Shown piece after piece: positions 61,827 through 64,000 of a stretch of 64,000 bases of DNA. The translations under genes and the position numbers were made by a program. The notes under the pieces were generated by a model. The model had not been told where the DNA came from, did not search any database, and saw nothing but the letters and a program-made list of their open reading frames with translations. Position 1 is the stretch's first letter; each line of letters starts with the position of its first letter. Source of the DNA: Somniosus microcephalus. Its lineage: Eukaryota. The stretch spans positions 33,294,001 through 33,358,000 of the forward strand of contig CM126233.1 in assembly GCA_052327205.1 (NCBI GenBank), given 5' to 3'.

Positions 61827-63154
61827 ACAAATGTCTGAACCTGTGAACATGGCTGTCAGCGTAAAAACAGGTACTGATTAATCAGTAGCACCCGCCGGGC
61901 ATACTCCGTGATCCTCCTTCTGCCAAAAGGGACTACCCATAGTTCTTCTAAAAGCAGCACACAATGACTGTTCTCAGGAGGAAACATGTACAGATAACAG
62001 ATGCAGCGAAACTTTGAAAACTCTCAGCAAGACTCCCATTTGTTTCATTAACTTTCTCCCACGACAGCAAAATAGCTCGTTACAAACAGCTACACAGAAA
62101 TCGGCAAAATACCTTTAATAACAAAGTTCTAACTTGAAGAATGAAACTTTCTGTGCAGTGCTCATTTTATATGGATGCTGTGCATCTGGAGTGCTATGTA
62201 GACACGCACTCTCATTACAGGACATTACCGACAGAGCTGTTAACACCAGGCAAATGTTCGGAGTAATATTTATCAGCAGCAAGTACAACACGTATTGAAT
62301 ATTCATTTAAACATAGCGGCATTTTTAAAAACAGCCAAAACAGTCAACGAATAGAGCGGCTGTCATTCTTTGTAAGTGATACTTGCTGGATCTAGATACT
62401 TTTGTTGTCAGGAAACCTTAAAAGTTATTGCTGGAATGAGAATCAACTATTTACATGACCCAAACTAGTATTTGCATGATATTCCCTACGAGAGTTGTTA
62501 ATGCCTGTGCTCGAATGTCTCCAGAATGCACTTCAGTAGGGCTTTCAATTTCTGCATAATCTTTTCACCATCAGAATCCCTTCAATAGTTTGAAGTGAGT
62601 GTCTTGAGGATAGCAGTAATGAGAAACAAAGCGAGCAAATGGGCGAAACATGCATTTATATAGCGCCTTATCCAGTCTCTCAAACATCCAAAAGTGCTTC
62701 ACAAACAATGAATTACCTTTTGGAGTGTAATTACCGTCACATGGGAAACTTATATACTTAGGCTTGCATCATTAACATGGTTTATGCACATAGTAACACA
62801 ATAGTTGTGTGACAGATCAAAGAAATGTAAGCATTAAAACATTTTGAAAAGGAAAAACAGATTGCACGAAAGCACATTTTACATTGGACTTAACGAATCT
62901 AAATCCTACGGTATTATTTAACAAGAAGTTTTCCGGTCACAGCAACATGCTGGCACTGAAAGATATGCATCGCACAGCACATGTGAAACAGATCGACCGG
63001 TCATTGGCAGTTAGATCCATGTTGGCGCCTCTCACCCTGCCAACTTAAAAAAAAAAGCATGAAGAAACACCTGTTGTGAAATTGAGATGAGCATCACCCA
63101 CTCCAGTGCAGTAGTGGTGTAAAAATACTTCAGCCACGTAACCCCTTCACAACT

Positions 63155-63650
63155 ACCTCTAGACTTGACTATTCCAACGCTCTCCTGACAGACCTTACAA
63201 CTTCCACCCTCCATAAACTTGAGCTCATTCAAAACTGTGCTGCCCCCGTGTCCCAACTCACACCAAATCCCATTCATCCATCACCCCTGTGCTCGCTGAC
63301 ATTACACTGGCTCCCAGTCCGGCAACGCCTCCATTTTAAAATTCTCATCCTTGTTTTCAAATCCCTCCATGGCCTCACCCCTCCGTACCTCTAACTTCCT
63401 CCAGCCCTACAATCCTTCAAACTCTCTGCGCTCCTCTAATTCTGACCTCGTGCTCATTCACGATTTTAATCGCTCCACCATTGGTGGCCGTGCCTTCAGC
63501 TGCCTGGGCCCTAAGCTCTGGAATTCCCTCCCTAAACCACTCCACTTCTCCCTCTTCCTTTAAGATACTCCTTAAAACCTACCTCTTTGGCCAAGCTTTT
63601 GGTCACCTGGCCTAAATCTCCTTATGTGGCTCAGTGTCAAATCTTGTTTG
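63155..63650 (+). mobile_element. L2-type LINE 3' part
   Basis: LHWLPVRQRLHFKILILVFKSLHGL and NFLQPYNPSNSLRSSNS...STIGGRAFSCLGPKLWNSLP. Confidence 0.85.
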
Positions 63651-64000
63651 ATATTGTTTGATAAAAGACAATCAAGGTCCTTGCCCCTAATGACTTCCAG
63701 GGTGTGGTTGTCCAATTAGGGCAAGATTGGGCTGGACAGTGATATCCCAGATAATGCTCAGAACCCATGTACCACTGCAAGGAATCAATATCTTTAGGGG
63801 ATAGTGGGAAGGGGTGGGGAATGGAGAGAGAAAATAAACAGACACAGCACAAACATATAGTAAAATAGAGACTCTACTGCAGTAACAAGCTCCGTGTTTT
63901 CATAGTTGCAAACTTTGCTTAAAATATTAAAAGAGGTGATATTATAGGTATCTTACAGGACGTTAAAACAGGTGTAATGATATGTTTTGCTCTGAATTTA

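Overview
Vertebrate genomic DNA, almost certainly from a cartilaginous fish (shark-type CR1, L2 and Deu-domain SINE repeats). It is not prokaryotic. Most of the window is the PEAK1 (SgK269) pseudokinase gene on the minus strand. I traced four coding exons by hand (46835-43618, 34802-34609, 21549-20768, 11163-10042). All introns are GT-AG, the phases are compatible, and the total is 5316 nt = 1771 aa + stop. The 3' UTR is long; the promoter is probably beyond the right edge. At the left edge, tail-to-tail with PEAK1, a CpG island holds an intact 279-aa ORF. It has an atypical THAP zinc finger with an extra Cys/His insert, a polyproline tract and a coiled coil, and looks like a domesticated transposon DNA-binding gene. 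Introns and UTR contain nested CR1/L2 LINEs, SINEs, two solo LTRs with 5-bp TSDs, and pogo/Tigger-, hAT- and Harbinger-type MITEs. The most unusual items are: (1) the THAP gene; (2) a TSD-flanked fold-back element in the PEAK1 3' UTR whose arms each carry a Penelope-type minimal hammerhead-ribozyme motif; (3) signs of a kinase-less PEAK1 isoform made by intronic polyadenylation; and (4) an AG|GTATGT acceptor followed by six upstream ATGs. Repeat family names come from pattern recall, not database searches. Repeat boundaries are approximate unless a TSD is given.
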